NCBI GenBank assembly: GCA_017499595.2
Contig: CM039008.1
Location: 2,976,001 to 3,040,000 of the forward strand
Length of the DNA stretch: 64,000 nucleotides
Direction of reading: 5' to 3'
Origin: Psilocybe cubensis
Taxonomy: Eukaryota
Shown: one piece after another, positions 40,735 through 53,702 of the stretch
Numbering within the stretch: the first letter of the stretch is position 1
Layout of the letters: every line of letters starts with the position of its first letter
Made by a program: the position numbers and the translations under genes
Notes under the pieces: generated by a model
The model's database searches: none
What the model was told of the DNA's origin: nothing
What the model saw: the letters and a program-made list of their open reading frames with translations, nothing else

Positions 40735-41689
40735 CTACACTAGCCTTGTCCTGGGAGCAAATCTCCTCCCGGCTCCTAAAGCAAGTGTCATAGTCGCTTC
40801 TATGACCTTGCATTTTTCGCGGCTGCTGTTCAGCCTCCCCTGTATCGCCATCTCCAGTTGACCCCGTCATCTCCGACTCCCTTGCATAACAAAACTGTCA
40901 GTGCCATAATATCGAGAGATAGAGATCCACAAAATACCTTCCATCTTCGTTTGGGCTCGGTGCCAGTCGAGGCATCTGCTCAACGGGAATGTTATACCCG
41001 GAGCCGTCCCCGTGGTGTAGTTCTCGGTGCTGAGAAGTATACATTGATGTGTTTTCTGTCTCTCCGGATGGACGACAGAAAGCGTTTGCATGTTCATTAC
41101 CACTGTTTGTCGGTACAGCTGCCCTGGATGGCCTATTTGCCATGTTGTACGGGTGATGTCTGTTTGAAAGAACTCCCGCCGTCTGGTTCCGCATCACGCC
41201 CCGTGAACTCTTCTCTCGAGAGTGGCGTGACGTGCGAATGAGAACGGCTGGGTCTACCGTTCCAGTAGCTAGGCTTGCCACGACAAGACGGTCCACAGTT
41301 AATGACTCTGACTCATTGGCAATATCATTGTCATCTTGGGATTCATCTCTGACTCGTGGAAGTCCGCTTATCACTGGAACATCCGCTGACGAACGGATGA
41401 GTTTTGGGGAACCCACGTTTGGTGTTGCGTTTCCGACGTTGGTGTTCTAATTTGGGAATTTTGCATAGTAAATATCCAAGAGATCCCGTGGGGTAGGTCC
41501 CACCAACGACAAGATCTCAGTCCAAGGTCCAGATGTATAGTTCAACGATGATGTCGCGTGTGGCGCCACTACATATGCTGGGGCACCAGCGCCAGAAGAG
41601 TTTACAGCGTGTTGAGGCGATTTGGGCGTGCTAACAGGAACGCTTTGGGAGGTGTGAACGTGAACGATGTTGACGTTGAATGTCGACAT
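40735..41689 (-). pseudogene. Hypothetical two-exon gene with one in-frame TAG
   Basis: ORFs 41447-41725 and 40898-41416 are in the same frame, separated only by TAG at 41447-41449. A GTATTT..CAAG intron leads to a last exon ending at 40735. TATA-like TATAAT upstream. Confidence 0.45.
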
Positions 41690-42971
41690 TGCTGAGTGCT
41701 TGTAAATTGAAAGGACAAAGTTCAAGAAAGAGGTAAGGATATGGGTGTCTGGAAATCAGATACGATTGCTCATTCCGTATTATAGGTCTAGAAGCTACCT
41801 CTTAGCATGTTCCTTCCATGAAGGGGCAGTGGCGGGTGTGAATTACAACCTGCCTGAGGTCGCATGTCCTCAGTATCAAAAAACTAACCTCAAGGCGCGG
41901 AATTCCAGTTCCGTGGAAAAAATATACGTCATTTTAGTCGCCGCATGTTATCCGGTCATCAGTTGGCACCCTAATACTTCCGATTGGATGCTGCGCTCGA
42001 CGGAGGAATGACTGAGCATGTTAAAGCTGCGATGTGTAGAGTGAAATGAAAGGTATGAGGTCCATGTCACCGGTACCATGAGTAGAGGCTACTATTTGAA
42101 AGCGATCCTCAGTACAAATTCACTGCTCATAGCACGTGTTGAGGGTGGCAACAAGAGAAGCAAAAGGCGGGCAAAGACATACACACGCAATCGCGATATG
42201 CGCCTCAGCCATGTGTACAAAAACGACCTGTGTTTGTCAATTAATCCCGCTCTACATCTTATCACCAGTCGTCGTGAGTGCATGCACCCGTCGACTTTGA
42301 TACCTTATCTTTAACTCATAGTAAAAGGAAAGCAGCACTGAGAAACCCATATTCCTGTTTTGCAAGCCCTGCACGAATGAGTTGATAGTCTTTGACTGTA
42401 GCGTAGGCATGGGATAGGAGGATGAAGCGGTAGTGAGTGTTCAAGGTCCGAGAAATGAGGGTACTTTGTATATGCACCGACGAGCACCTAGGGAAAGGTA
42501 GCATACACCTGATATTTCACTGCATTGGTGCATCACAAATGAAAAGAAACCGTAACGCTGCATACAGAATACCAGAGTCGTTATTACAGACCTGGTATAG
42601 CTACCGCGGCATTGATAATGATTTTTCGCGTGCGACGGCGGAGTGGGAAGTCAACAGTGCGAGCCACGAAGAGGAAGGGGAGTGGTTGGTGGTGGTTTCT
42701 GTGGTTCCGGTCGAGAAACAAAACCATGATGGCAAAATTTGCATCAACGTACAAGAACTGCAAAGGGTATAGGTCACCAGACGAGCACAGGAGAGACGAG
42801 GGTACTGTGCAAGAAACTTTGGTCTATGGCTGTCCGTTTGCACATTTACTTCATGTACAAACCAAGATACATATTGTCTGTCATTTGAAAAATTAAACAC
42901 CACAGAACTCTCCGTGACTTTAAATGTTCATGTATTGTGTTCGCAAGACCCTGCAAGGCATATATCACCGC

Positions 42972-44303
42972 CATGGCCTGCCCAAGTCAAGAGTCAGCAG
43001 CGGAGTTTGAAGTCCTTGACAACAGCAAGAACAAACAACGCGACACTGGTTGTCTTCCACCACCATCTCGTCGGACTCATCCCCCACCCACTCGAACGAC
43101 AATACGAACATTGTGATACGCGACTGGGGGAATTGGACGCGGGATAGCAAAGTCGAGGCACAGATGAGGGTGGAGGAGCGTCTAGGCGTGTGGTTTTTAT
43201 TCAATGTTTGTCTTTTTTTCGCTTTGGCACCTGGAACGGCACTCGAAAAACCCTGCAAGCCTCCCCCTTTGTCTGTTCCACCCTCGTTTACCCATTGCAC
43301 TGGAACATATTTTGCATCGACGCCGGTGCAGCTACACCATGTCGATATGACAGTTGGTGTGCTGCCTGCGTCGTGACGGATGTCCAAGTCTGTGCTCTCC
43401 AATGTGGTGGAAATGATGGTTTCGCTATCTCACTTTGTCTATCTTGTTCTTTGTGCAAGTTTATATGGATATTCATATGTTATGTGCTACCCCGTTCATA
43501 CGACGTCGAGCTCGACATGGACGCCAAGCATCTCTCATCCGGTCTCATCCGTTCGCTGGAATCTGCGGTTATCTCAGAACTTCACACTTCACGCTCATTC
43601 TGTATACTACCAATTCGTTGATATCTTGAAGACGCACTACCCTCAACCTCGTGTTTACCCCCCCCCCCCCCCCAACTCACTCCCCTCCCTGTCCTTCGAT
43701 TTTTACACACATCTATGTCGTGTCATTTCCTAGGCCTAAGGCAGCGCAGCACAGGGTTCCATGAGCACCATTTGGTTTGATGCATACCACAGCAATCTCG
43801 ACAGCCGATTTCTAATTCACCTTTAAGAGTACTGTCGTCGGGATGGGCGTAGACGTGGGCGCGGGCATGCGTGGGGTGAATATGAACCACAGTGATCCCT
43901 CCATAATGATTTCACATGCATCGCAGGGTGTTAAACAAGAAGGTCACGATGACGCTTGGGATGCTCCCCGGCCTCTAGACGGCGCATATATGCACTTAGA
44001 CGTCCAAGGGCAGTGCATAAATGCTTACGTTCACAGGTCTGAGGACGGTATTTTGGTGTAGATGGTGATGCGGTTGTTCCCTTCAAGAAGCTCGGTGTGC
44101 GTGCAGGCGTGTAGGAGGGTTGTACAGTGGTTTTGCAGGCGTGTGTTTGGACTCTAATTCGCGTGCATACGATACGCCATCTCCTGCGGTGTGGTGCGAT
44201 GGTCATCTGAATTGAGCAGCTAAGCGCTACGGGAAGGAGAAGAGATCCCTTCCATTCTGCGCCTTTCTGCTCAGTACTGAACCGCTTGCCTCTCGACGCC
44301 CCG
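42972..44303 (+). repeat. Diverged direct segmental duplication, copy A (degenerate spliced gene relic)
   Basis: Collinear similarity with 45764-47023, e.g. GCGGAGTTTGAA..CCTTGAC, HCTGTY, YDVE..HLSSG.IRSL, GAAGCTCGGTGTGCGTGCAGG, ATTCTGCGC.TTTCTGCTC. Confidence 0.85.
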
Positions 44304-45763
44304 AACTGCTCACTAAATACTCAACGCTGGATTACCCGCGTCGCTTCCCAGACTGACTTCCCAGAGTGAATGAACGCACTGGATGCGTTCTTTGTACAGT
44401 TCCGACTTTTGAATTAATGTTGGATTCTCTCTGTCGTCCCTATCTTGCTGTCTGGCAAGTTCTTTTTAGTTCTTTGTTTTCATCAGCACTCGGGACTGGA
44501 CGTAGACCCTGTATACATAGCGGACGCCGTGGTTGTCTCTATGGCTGTATTTGAGTCTGAGTCTCTGGCTGGCTGGAAAATCAGTCTCTGGTGCCTCTGA
44601 GTTTGTACCTGGGTGTCGACTCATAGCACAGAACCTGTGTGTGTGTTTTTTACTGACTGGTTTACCACGACCCCTCTCCTGGCCTATGCCAGTGCCATCT
44701 GTGCTGCGCCCAAAAGTGTGCCATCCTCACATTGCATTGCAATGCACTCACCTCACACAAGGCAACAATCGCTCTGCAATTTGACTCTCGATGGATGCCT
44801 GTGTGCTCAGCTCTGTGCCTCAAGGCACAGTTCACCGACACATTCCCGTCATCCGTGTAGTACACAAATGCGAATGCTGCCTCTGGTGCGTATGAATTCT
44901 TGCATGGGTTTCTGTCACACCCGCCACGTCTAGAACCCAATTCGATCCAAACCCACACGCGTCAACATCGAGGGCGACACCTGCGCACGCATAGAGCATG
45001 TCGGCGTCAAGTTTATGGACATACCTGTCCTCGTGCCCGTGCCCGTGCCCGTGTTTGTGTTAATGTTCTCCTTCTTCATATCACTTTCATTATTCTTGTC
45101 ATTGTAAAAACCAAAATCGAAATTAAATGAAAGAGGAGATGGAAAATAGGACGCACCCGCGACAACAATGGAGGGGAGGCGACTCCAGATCAGATAGGGG
45201 CATGGGTAGAGCAGGAATCCGCCTGGGGAGCATTTCAGCATTCAAGTGTGGGGAGATGACAATTACAATAAGGTAGAGTGGGAGTGGGGAGTGTTGGAAG
45301 AGGCAGTGTGGAAAAGGAACAGGAGAGACAGGATGGGGTCTTACCCTCCAACATAGACATATCCTCTCCTGGACTGCATAGCGTGCCGATGTTCATGCGC
45401 AAGCCCATGGAAAGTATACGAATGATAATTTAAAGGGAGGGGAGCGTTGTGGTACATGTCAAGAATGGAAGGAATGGCAGATTGCAAGTGTGTAGGGGAG
45501 CGGGGTTTATAAATGAGCCTCGGACTCGGATTCAGTATACAATAGAATCTATTGTAGTATAGCACATGAGCAACAAAAGCGTGTTTGGCTGTTAGATGGC
45601 AAGGAATTTTCAATTTCTGTTAAGAAGCCAGACGAGAATGTGGTTGGAGGTGCTTCAATTACTACCCTACAGCACAAAAGTACATATAGGCCTGATTTAA
45701 TCTAATTACCCAAGGTATACCCTTTTGACTCTATGGTCTAGAAAACAGCGGTGAAGTGATAGC

Positions 45764-46006
45764 AATGTCCTGCCGAGCGTGTCAGGCAAAGCGGAGTTTG
45801 AATGTCCTTGACACAGCAAGGACAAACAACGCGACTCTTGTCGTCTTCCACCACCATCCACGACCGTGACCCGTCTCTTCCCCCAGCCACTCACGACAAT
45901 ATGAACATTGCAATACGCGACTGCGGGATGGGTCGAAGGATACCAGGGTCTAAGCACAGAGGAGGGAGGAGGAGCTTCTAGGTGAGTGGTAATGTTTGTT
46001 TGTTTG

Positions 46007-46037
<31 letters not shown>

Positions 46038-47023
46038 TTGGCGCCTCGAACCGACACTGCGGAAATACTGGAAGCCTTCACCTCCACCTCTAACACCCTC
46101 GTATCCCCACTGCACTGGAACATACTCTGCATCGACGCCAGTGCAGCAACACCGTGTCCATATGACAGTTGGTGTGCTTTCTGCGTCGTGACGGATGATG
46201 AAGTTTGTGCTCTCCAGTGCAGTGGAAATGATGGTTTTTGTATCTCGTGTTCTCTATGTTGTTTCCTGTGCGCAAACTCATGCGTTATGCGCTACCCCGT
46301 TCATACGATGTCGAGTTCTGCATGGAGGCCACGCACCTCTCATCCGGTTCCATCCGTTCGCTGCAATCTGTGGATATCGCAGTGTTGGTGAGTCAGGGTC
46401 CCTTTTTCCTTCCACTCTCCCACACAATCCCGACCTCCCACGCTGCACGCCACCCTCGCTTTCTTGACTACCATACTGTCGACGCCAAATCGGACGCACT
46501 ACGACCCCACACCTCTCCCATTTGTAACTCAACCAACCCCTTGGTCCTCTCTAGGCATGACGTATCCCACGCAGGGCGTGGTCCTCCATGGGTTCTATGG
46601 CACCGGCAAGGGGGTAGAACACTGGAACGAGGTGGCTCCCCAGCCTCATGACAAGCGCATATGTGCACCTGGACGTCCAAGGGCAGTGCACAAATACTTT
46701 CGCTTACAGGTCTGTGCGCGGTATTTCGGGGTGGATGGGGATGTGGTTGTGCCTTTTGAGAAGCTCGGTGTGCGTGCAGGAGGTTTCACAGTGGTTTTGC
46801 AAATGAGTTTTCGACTCTTATGCGCGTGCATAGGCTGAGTTAACATCCCTCATTCATAATATCTTTCACTTTCTTCATCTCCTACAGTGCTGTGCGATTG
46901 TAATTTGAATTAAGCAGCCAAGCGCTGTGGGAGGGAGGAAAAACTCCTTTAATTCTGCGCTTTTCTGCTCCGTTCTGTACTGGTACGTATATTGTATCTC
47001 ATCGTTTGTCTCTCGACGGCCCC
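45764..47023 (+). repeat. Diverged direct segmental duplication, copy B (degenerate spliced gene relic)
   Basis: Partner of 42972-44303. Contains a T28 run (46007-46034) where copy A has a short T-tract. Confidence 0.85.
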
Positions 47024-47977
47024 TGCTATCTCCCGCTCCATCTCCCTTTACCTCACCCTCACACTAGATAGTTTGACTATTTCAATATTCAGGATTGTGT
47101 GATGTTCAACAACTAACCAATGGATTGGTGGGTATTTCTGACCGACGAGACCCGCAAATACCCCTTCTTTGTTCTTTCAAGTGTTCGACACTCATACTAT
47201 ATCTCTGTTTAGCGCTCAGCGACAACAATAGTGCCGTGTACTGTCAGTTCGCTACGCTCTATTCTATGCCCATTGCACTGCTTTTGCAATGTGTGTATAT
47301 TTCCACACTCCCCCTCTCCATCGCGTACTCATATCCACATCCCACTTCACATTCCAACCACCTTGTCGCATGGCATCGCATCTTTGAGAAGATAGATTCG
47401 TACCCAGTTGGAGTGGCCCTCGTTTAGATCTAAGGTCCAAGGTCTAATTAACTTCATTTCTAGTGTTACCTCACCACCGCGTCGAGTCGCATCGTGCGTG
47501 TTCCTTTGCATCGCATCGCATTGTGCATATTGTATACCACGGCTCCTCCTTCTTCCCATCCCTTCCCTTCCAATGACATCATTGCAACCTTGTCATACCC
47601 TCGCTTGTCCCCGACCGATTCGCTCTGTATCTCCAGTCGTCGTTTTCCGAGCTTGAACTCCAACCGTTGCGGCCCGTGGGTACCCTTGTCACCCACATCT
47701 CCATATCCGTGATTTCGATGCCGGATTTCTAATGTCGCATCATATTACATATCCGACCCTGCTCGTTAAGTTTTAAACATCTTGCAAGTTGGAACGTTGA
47801 CTTGAAACTGGTTTTTAGCACTTAATGCAAACATTAAAAATTTAAGTATTGATTTCGAGGTGGGAGCTGGGCACGTTCTTTGAGAGGTGTCAGATATAAT
47901 CAGGCATGTTCTGTCGTTTCTTGTGTGATGTACGAAGCTGGAGTGTGCGAGTGTGTGTTACATTGGGGCCTTGCGTC

Positions 47978-50758
47978 TCATTTGTGCAAACCGAATCTTG
48001 TGGGTGATGTCTCACAGTTAAAGTCTGGAAAGCGACACAACACGGTAAATCCAACTTGGAAATAAGTAAATGTCGGGCTACATGAAACCAGGATAAATTC
48101 AATTGATATACTGCCATTCTGTGTATTGACACGGATTTCCGGGACAGACAATAAACGAGCAACCACATCAAATCCCATGTCTGAAGCAAGTATTAGAGGC
48201 GTAAATCCCCAGCAATCCTGACTGTTGCCATTGATTCCTGGGACTGCTAGCAGGAGCTTCAAAACATCAATGTGACCATGATAAGCCGCAAAATTAAGGG
48301 CTGTAATTCCACTGCAGTCAAAACATGTTTGTTTGAGGTCCATCCCAGTAAGAAAGGAATCCATGATTGGATTATCATTGCTTTCACCAGTGGGAATGGT
48401 CAATGTGTAACGAGGTTGATTGCCTAGGTCCACATCAATGCCTGGGACAGTCAGAAGATGCTTGACAACCTCTGTATGACCCGCAGATGAGGCAAGCATA
48501 AGTGGTGTTACTCCCTCAGCATGCTCCCAGTGCTTGTTTTGTGATGACAGAAGACCGTCTACAATGGGCACATAACCCTCAACGGTGGCACGTACAAGTG
48601 CGGTGACACCCTGGAGACTTGGAACATCCGCCTTAATATGAGACATAGGAAGAAGAGCCTTTACAATGTTGTTGTGTCCACGCAGCATGGCAACAAATAG
48701 TGCCGTGAGGCCATTCCTATCCCTTAGGTTGGGATTCAGTCCAGGGATGGAGAGCAGGGCTTTTAAAACTTGAAAGGAATTTTTTGTGGCAGCCAGTAGT
48801 AGTGCAGTGTGTCCATTGTCATCTTGGGAGTTAACGTCAATTCCAGGCGCCCTGATCAAGGCACACGCAGTACCTGTATGATCCTTTAGGCAGGAATATA
48901 AAAGTGCGGTTCGTCCAGCCATGTCCGTGGCACTGACATCAATATTTGAGCATGCAAGCAGGGCATGGACGGCGCCAACATGTCCCATATGTGATGCATG
49001 CATGAGGGCAGTAGCGCCTCTGGAATCCTGAGCATTTGGATTAATTTTTCTTGTCAAAATAAGGGCCTGGATAATATCTATGCGTCCAAGATTGGAGGAG
49101 CACATCAAGGCCGTGAGTCCCCTCTTGTTTCATAAATTAACATTGATGTCTTTGCGAAGAAGAAGCATATTGACAACAGATTTATGGCCTTCTTTGCACG
49201 CGAGAGTGAGTGCAGTGTCTCCGCTGTTTGTTTGTGCATTGATATCAATATCCTTGCATGCAAGAAGTGATTCGACTATTGTGGTATGCCCTTTCAATGC
49301 AGCGAGTGTAAGAGCTGTGTGTTTCTTGACTGTCCGCGAGTTGCAACAACTGTCCCAGAAGAACGGTACCCTTAGACCATAGTATGCAATCACATGGCTG
49401 GGGTTAATCCAACTGAAACCAATCCGAGAATCAAGCAGTGGATAATTGGGAGTTTGGAGTACAAATTCATGCAGAGTCTCCGTTGGATATGATTCCTCGT
49501 TACATTCTCCAATGTGAGCTGGCCAATTCTTATATGCGTATTCAAGTAGAGGAGCGTCCTGAGATTTTACAAGGGCATCAAAGGCAGCATATGAGAGCTT
49601 GTCCAGCGTGGTAAAGCGAAAAGCAGTGAGGTAAGAAATGCAACAATTTGCAATAAATGTATGTGGTGCTGGCATGAGCTTCTGAGGCCAATCCTTTAAA
49701 AATTCATATACTGTATGATCTACATAGAGATTTTGGCTCAATAACAGTACAAAAACAGCACTGGTAAGGTGGAGTAACTTACGGAAAAGGACCACAGTTC
49801 CACTTCTTGGCTGGATTTCAATAATCCCACAGGATGATGTGTGAGCATATCTTGTGCAGGAATGTTCCTTTCATTGAACGAGTGGCTTCCCTCTTGAATA
49901 GCAAGCGCGTGCTCGAGTTCAGCAATGGTCAGAGGACGAGGAGCGTGAACTATCCACGTCATTGCACGCTTTACAAACGACGGGTAGTCCCCCTTTTGCG
50001 CATCAATCCGGTCCATGAGGGAGTAATACATTGACTGTATATCATCAGAGAGGCCGTCTAGGCTGTTGGATAAGCTTGTCATAGTAGTGTATCCCTGTAG
50101 GGACTGTGACCTCAGCGCCGCAAGTAGGAACCTGAAAAAAATCAATCAATTGTACATTTAAAATATCACAGCAGCTGATACGCACATTCCACCCGAAATA
50201 TTCAAGATCTTATTGCATATTTCCTCGAGAAAACCTTCATTTCTCCGCAGTATCCGAGCAACACTAGTTGTCTGCGGTATAGTTTTCTGGAGAAATAGAC
50301 GGATATCCCCAAGATTTTGGTCTCCAATGGTCATGTGTATGATGTCTTGTGGAAAGCCAAAAACCTCGAAACCCATGATTCGCGATGTGAAAAACAATGA
50401 TACTGTAAGGCCTCTAAGAATAGATACAAGATCCATTTGTTCACGGTCTGGCAACTCGTCAAGGCCATCCAGTACGACCCGAACATTTTGGAAAGGCAAT
50501 AGGATAGTGGAAAGTATGGCAACCAACTGGGATTTTGAAGGATGGCTTTGCTGTGTTTTGTGCACATTGTACAATTTAAGAACCTGCTTTTCAATCAATG
50601 AAACACCCGTGTAATTCTTAAACATCTGGGCAATCAAGGAAGCCAGGTATTGTGAAACAGTCCTGGGTTCGTTGTGTCGGCAGTACATGAAGAGAACGGC
50701 ACTACTGCAGGCGACATCTGATAGGCACAGGTTTATAAGGTATTCAATGACAATCGCC
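47978..50758 (-). pseudogene. NLR-like NACHT (NPHP3-N type)-winged helix-ankyrin repeat gene, 5'-truncated and inactivated
   Basis: Walker B VVLDGLDE, LFFTSR, SGGM|FLLA, WIVHAPRPLTIAELEHAL and about 11 ankyrin repeats (GxTAL..A...GH). The Walker A exon is absent. Frameshift at ~49840 (ACACA run) and in-frame TGA at 49130-49132. The true 3' end is uncertain. Confidence 0.88.
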
Positions 50759-50778
50759 CTAGTATTGGTGGATAAGAA

Positions 50779-51300
50779 CACTGCGGGCGCCGACCGCTGT
50801 AAGTTAAACATACAGCAGAAAACTTACATGTCTTATGTAAGTTTCGCTGTAAGTTCGACATACAGCACACGTGTATGAAAAACAAACAGTCGGCAAAGAC
50901 ATATTGTGTTTGGTGGCTGTATGCCGACCAAACACAATTGCTGTAAGTAGACTGTAAATAGAATAAACACCGAGATTACACAATTTCTTTTTGTCCGGTG
51001 TTAGTATAATATACACAATTGCTGTAAGTCATACAAACAGCACTTGTGTAAGTAAAACATACACACAAAGAAAACAAATTGTGTATGTCATACTTACACA
51101 ATTCCTGTAAGTAAGTGCTGTAAGTTAAACATACACCTGAACTTACAGTAATCGACTCGCTGAGCGAGTCGACAAGCGCGCGAAGAATTCGCATTTTTGG
51201 CGCGATGTCGACTCGCAGACGATGATAACACGATGGCATGCGTCGTTCTGGCGACTCGCTGCCCTTTGAAAAATCTCGCAGTCGTCAATGTGTAGTGCGC
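50779..51300. mobile_element. Putative left terminus of a CACTA/CMC-superfamily DNA transposon (CACTG end plus subterminal repeats)
   Basis: CACTG begins at 50779, immediately beyond the NLR intron acceptor remnant. It is followed by many TGTAAGT / ACTTACA copies in both orientations and a perfect 9-bp hairpin TCGACTCGC-TGA-GCGAGTCGA (51152-51172). No matching right TIR was seen in the window. Confidence 0.65.
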
Positions 51301-51667
51301 GATTCATTAATAAATATGATATATTTTCAGCGTTTTGCGCAATTCTATTTATTACACTCGTTGGGTACTTAATATAGCTGGCGCCCTACCTGGCGCGCCT
51401 ACACCCGACTCACCTGCAGACATTGAAAATTCTGAATCTTTGGCCTTCCCTAGTGTGAGTCTGCAGTGAGTACTTTAATCTGTTCGTTTGCCATCGTTTG
51501 TCACCACCATCTATAAATTGATCCCACTTACACAACTTTCCCGCAGCCTTTCTTATCACCAACCACAACCACAACCACTCACTCCCTCGCTCACTCGCTC
51601 TTACCGACTACCACCCACATCGATCTCCACACCCACCCGCTTATTCGTTAACCGCGAATCTCTTACC

Positions 51668-52229
51668 ATGGCTGCACTCATCTCTCAAGTCGTTTCGGCC
51701 ATCGTAGGCTTCAAGTATGGGTTGAAGCACAGCATCGCGTCGGGATGTTGGATAACGGAGCGCGTATCCGCGTATGTGGGGTCGGTTTGTGGGGAGGTCT
51801 TTCGTTATATCGAAGAGCGTAGCGATACCCCGGTGATGGTCAGAGGTCGCAATCGTACGCATCGTTGAATTTTTTTTTTTTTTGAATCTGCTCATCCCAG
51901 TTTCGTTAGGCGCTCAAATCACGGATGTCGAAGCCCAGAATTTACGCACCACCGACGCTGACTGCAACGCCGACTTCGAGGAAATCGAGGACCTCCTTCG
52001 GATTCGTCAAGAAATAATGGATCTTCATACCCTTCTCGACAACAAACGCGCACTCACCCGGCCTATGACGCCCGAAGCGCACAATATCAACATCGACCGA
52101 TTCGCTCTCGACCATAGGCACCGGCTGAACGACATCGCTATCGAGGCGCAGATTCGCGCCAAGTATCCGTCGAGGAACGAGTATCTCGCAATCTGCAAGA
52201 AATACGAGGTTTCCCCCTTCCGCACCTAG
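51668..52229 (+). CDS. Small two-exon hypothetical protein (putative transposon cargo)
   Basis: TATAAAT at ~51513, ATG at 51668. Intron 51846-51900 joins MAALISQVV..PVMVR to VSLGAQITD..CKKYEVSPFRT* in frame. Confidence 0.6.
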
Positions 52230-52879
52230 CAGGCGTTCTCAGCGTCATTCCAGCGTCTTTATAACTTCTTGGGGGACTCACCCACTACCCTACTCCCCGT
52301 CATCTTTCTAATCGTTTTCTTGTTTTCTTGCTTTCGATTTTCAGTATTTGATCTGCTGTATATACACGCTCACTTTTGTATTCAACGATACCTCTAATGT
52401 GTAGTCTACTGTTTCATATTGTATTATACTGTCGCATATCCATTTTATTTCTCAGTCAAGTTCACTCCGGTTCATTCATAATTAATGAAATAAGTTGGCT
52501 CGCCGAGTGACCCGTTGATAATCGACTGCTCGTATGATGGGTGAGTCAGGGAGTTGTGGGTCAAGATGTCCTTTGCGGGGTGTAAACTCTGCGGGTGTTG
52601 CGATAGAATTGCCAGTGCCGTATTCGTTCACAAATTCTCTACATCCTCGCAGAAGCTGCCGGTACAGCAGCAAAACGAACCTCTAAGCACAATCGAAGCT
52701 AAAACTACATTTATCGGCACGATGAATTAACGCCTCCAACTAGACGTCACGATGTGTAACCTAAGACATGGTAATAACGCAGTACGTACCTGTTCATTAA
52801 CCCGGTAATATTGAGCTTTGTGTAGGGAGAAAGGTCGTGCACATCCATGGTGAGATTAAAAAAATGTGGTTAGGATGAG

Positions 52880-53702
52880 ATGAGTTTTACCTGCATAACC
52901 ACTCGTCGCTCAGCCTTTCCAGTCCTGATATCGTACAGCGTGAATGTCCCGTCGGATCCTATACTTGCGAGCACCGATGATTCGCTCATTAAATCGTACA
53001 GATGTGATAGTTTCGGTTGATGTTGGGAAAGTGAGAAGATGGATAGATTGATCCTCGCTTAAACGCAGCTTTCCCGGGAATACATTAAGAGGCTAAAGGG
53101 CAACGGTTAAAGGATTAGAAATTGAGCTCAGTAAATAAAAGAAGCGCTGATGCGGACATGCAGCGCTGTCGTCCGAGGGTGTTGACTTACCACCTCCGTA
53201 TTCAGGTTATCGTCTCCAACGGCCCATAGGCTTCACGTTACGATCGACACCGCAGCTAAGAAGCCTTTGACCATCCGGAGAGAAGCATAGCCCTGACGCT
53301 TTCCCTTGTGCGCCTGGGGAATTTTGGCGATCGGTTTTCGGGTTGCAAGATTGTGGAGGATTATTCCTGGTTTATTCCAATTCCATCATTTAGTGATTAT
53401 CGCCTGCGTGATTAGAGAACCCACGCACACACCTCCATCCCAGCTTCCACTGGCCACACCTGTTAGGGAGCCAGGTCGCCTGTACAGGACCTCAACAGCA
53501 TCGATGTGCCCTTCCAGACTGTCCACAAGCGGCTTCGCGAACATCCTTTCCATTTTAACCGCATTCAAAGCACGGGTTCGTTCTCTCGCACGGGCAAAGG
53601 GTGCATAAGGGGGTTTAAATTCCGAGATGTAGGCGTCGGGGGTCTCCAGGCCGCATTGGCAGATGTGTGTAGACGGGTCATGTTGGAGTACTGAGATTTT
53701 CT
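52880..53702 (-). pseudogene. SOF1: Frameshifted partial copy of SOF1/DCAF13 (U3 snoRNP WD40 protein)
   Basis: KISVLQHDPSTH..SRNLNPLMHP/FARARERTRALNAVKMERMFAKPLVDSLEGHIDAVEVL..VASGSWDG|GII..AHKGK..LLSCGVDRNVK, and later SESSVLASIGSDGTFTLYDIRTGKAERRVVMQ. Several frameshifts, internal loss, no start codon and no C-terminal Sof1 domain. Confidence 0.88.

Noticed and set aside
45150-45520. TATA box plus a short spliced ORF on the minus strand
   Set aside because: The reading frame is ambiguous after the first intron and no product is recognisable.
50795-51150. Interspaced TGTAAGT repeats as a CRISPR-like array
   Set aside because: Eukaryotic context, 7-17 bp units in both orientations with irregular spacing. 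Better explained as transposon subterminal repeats.
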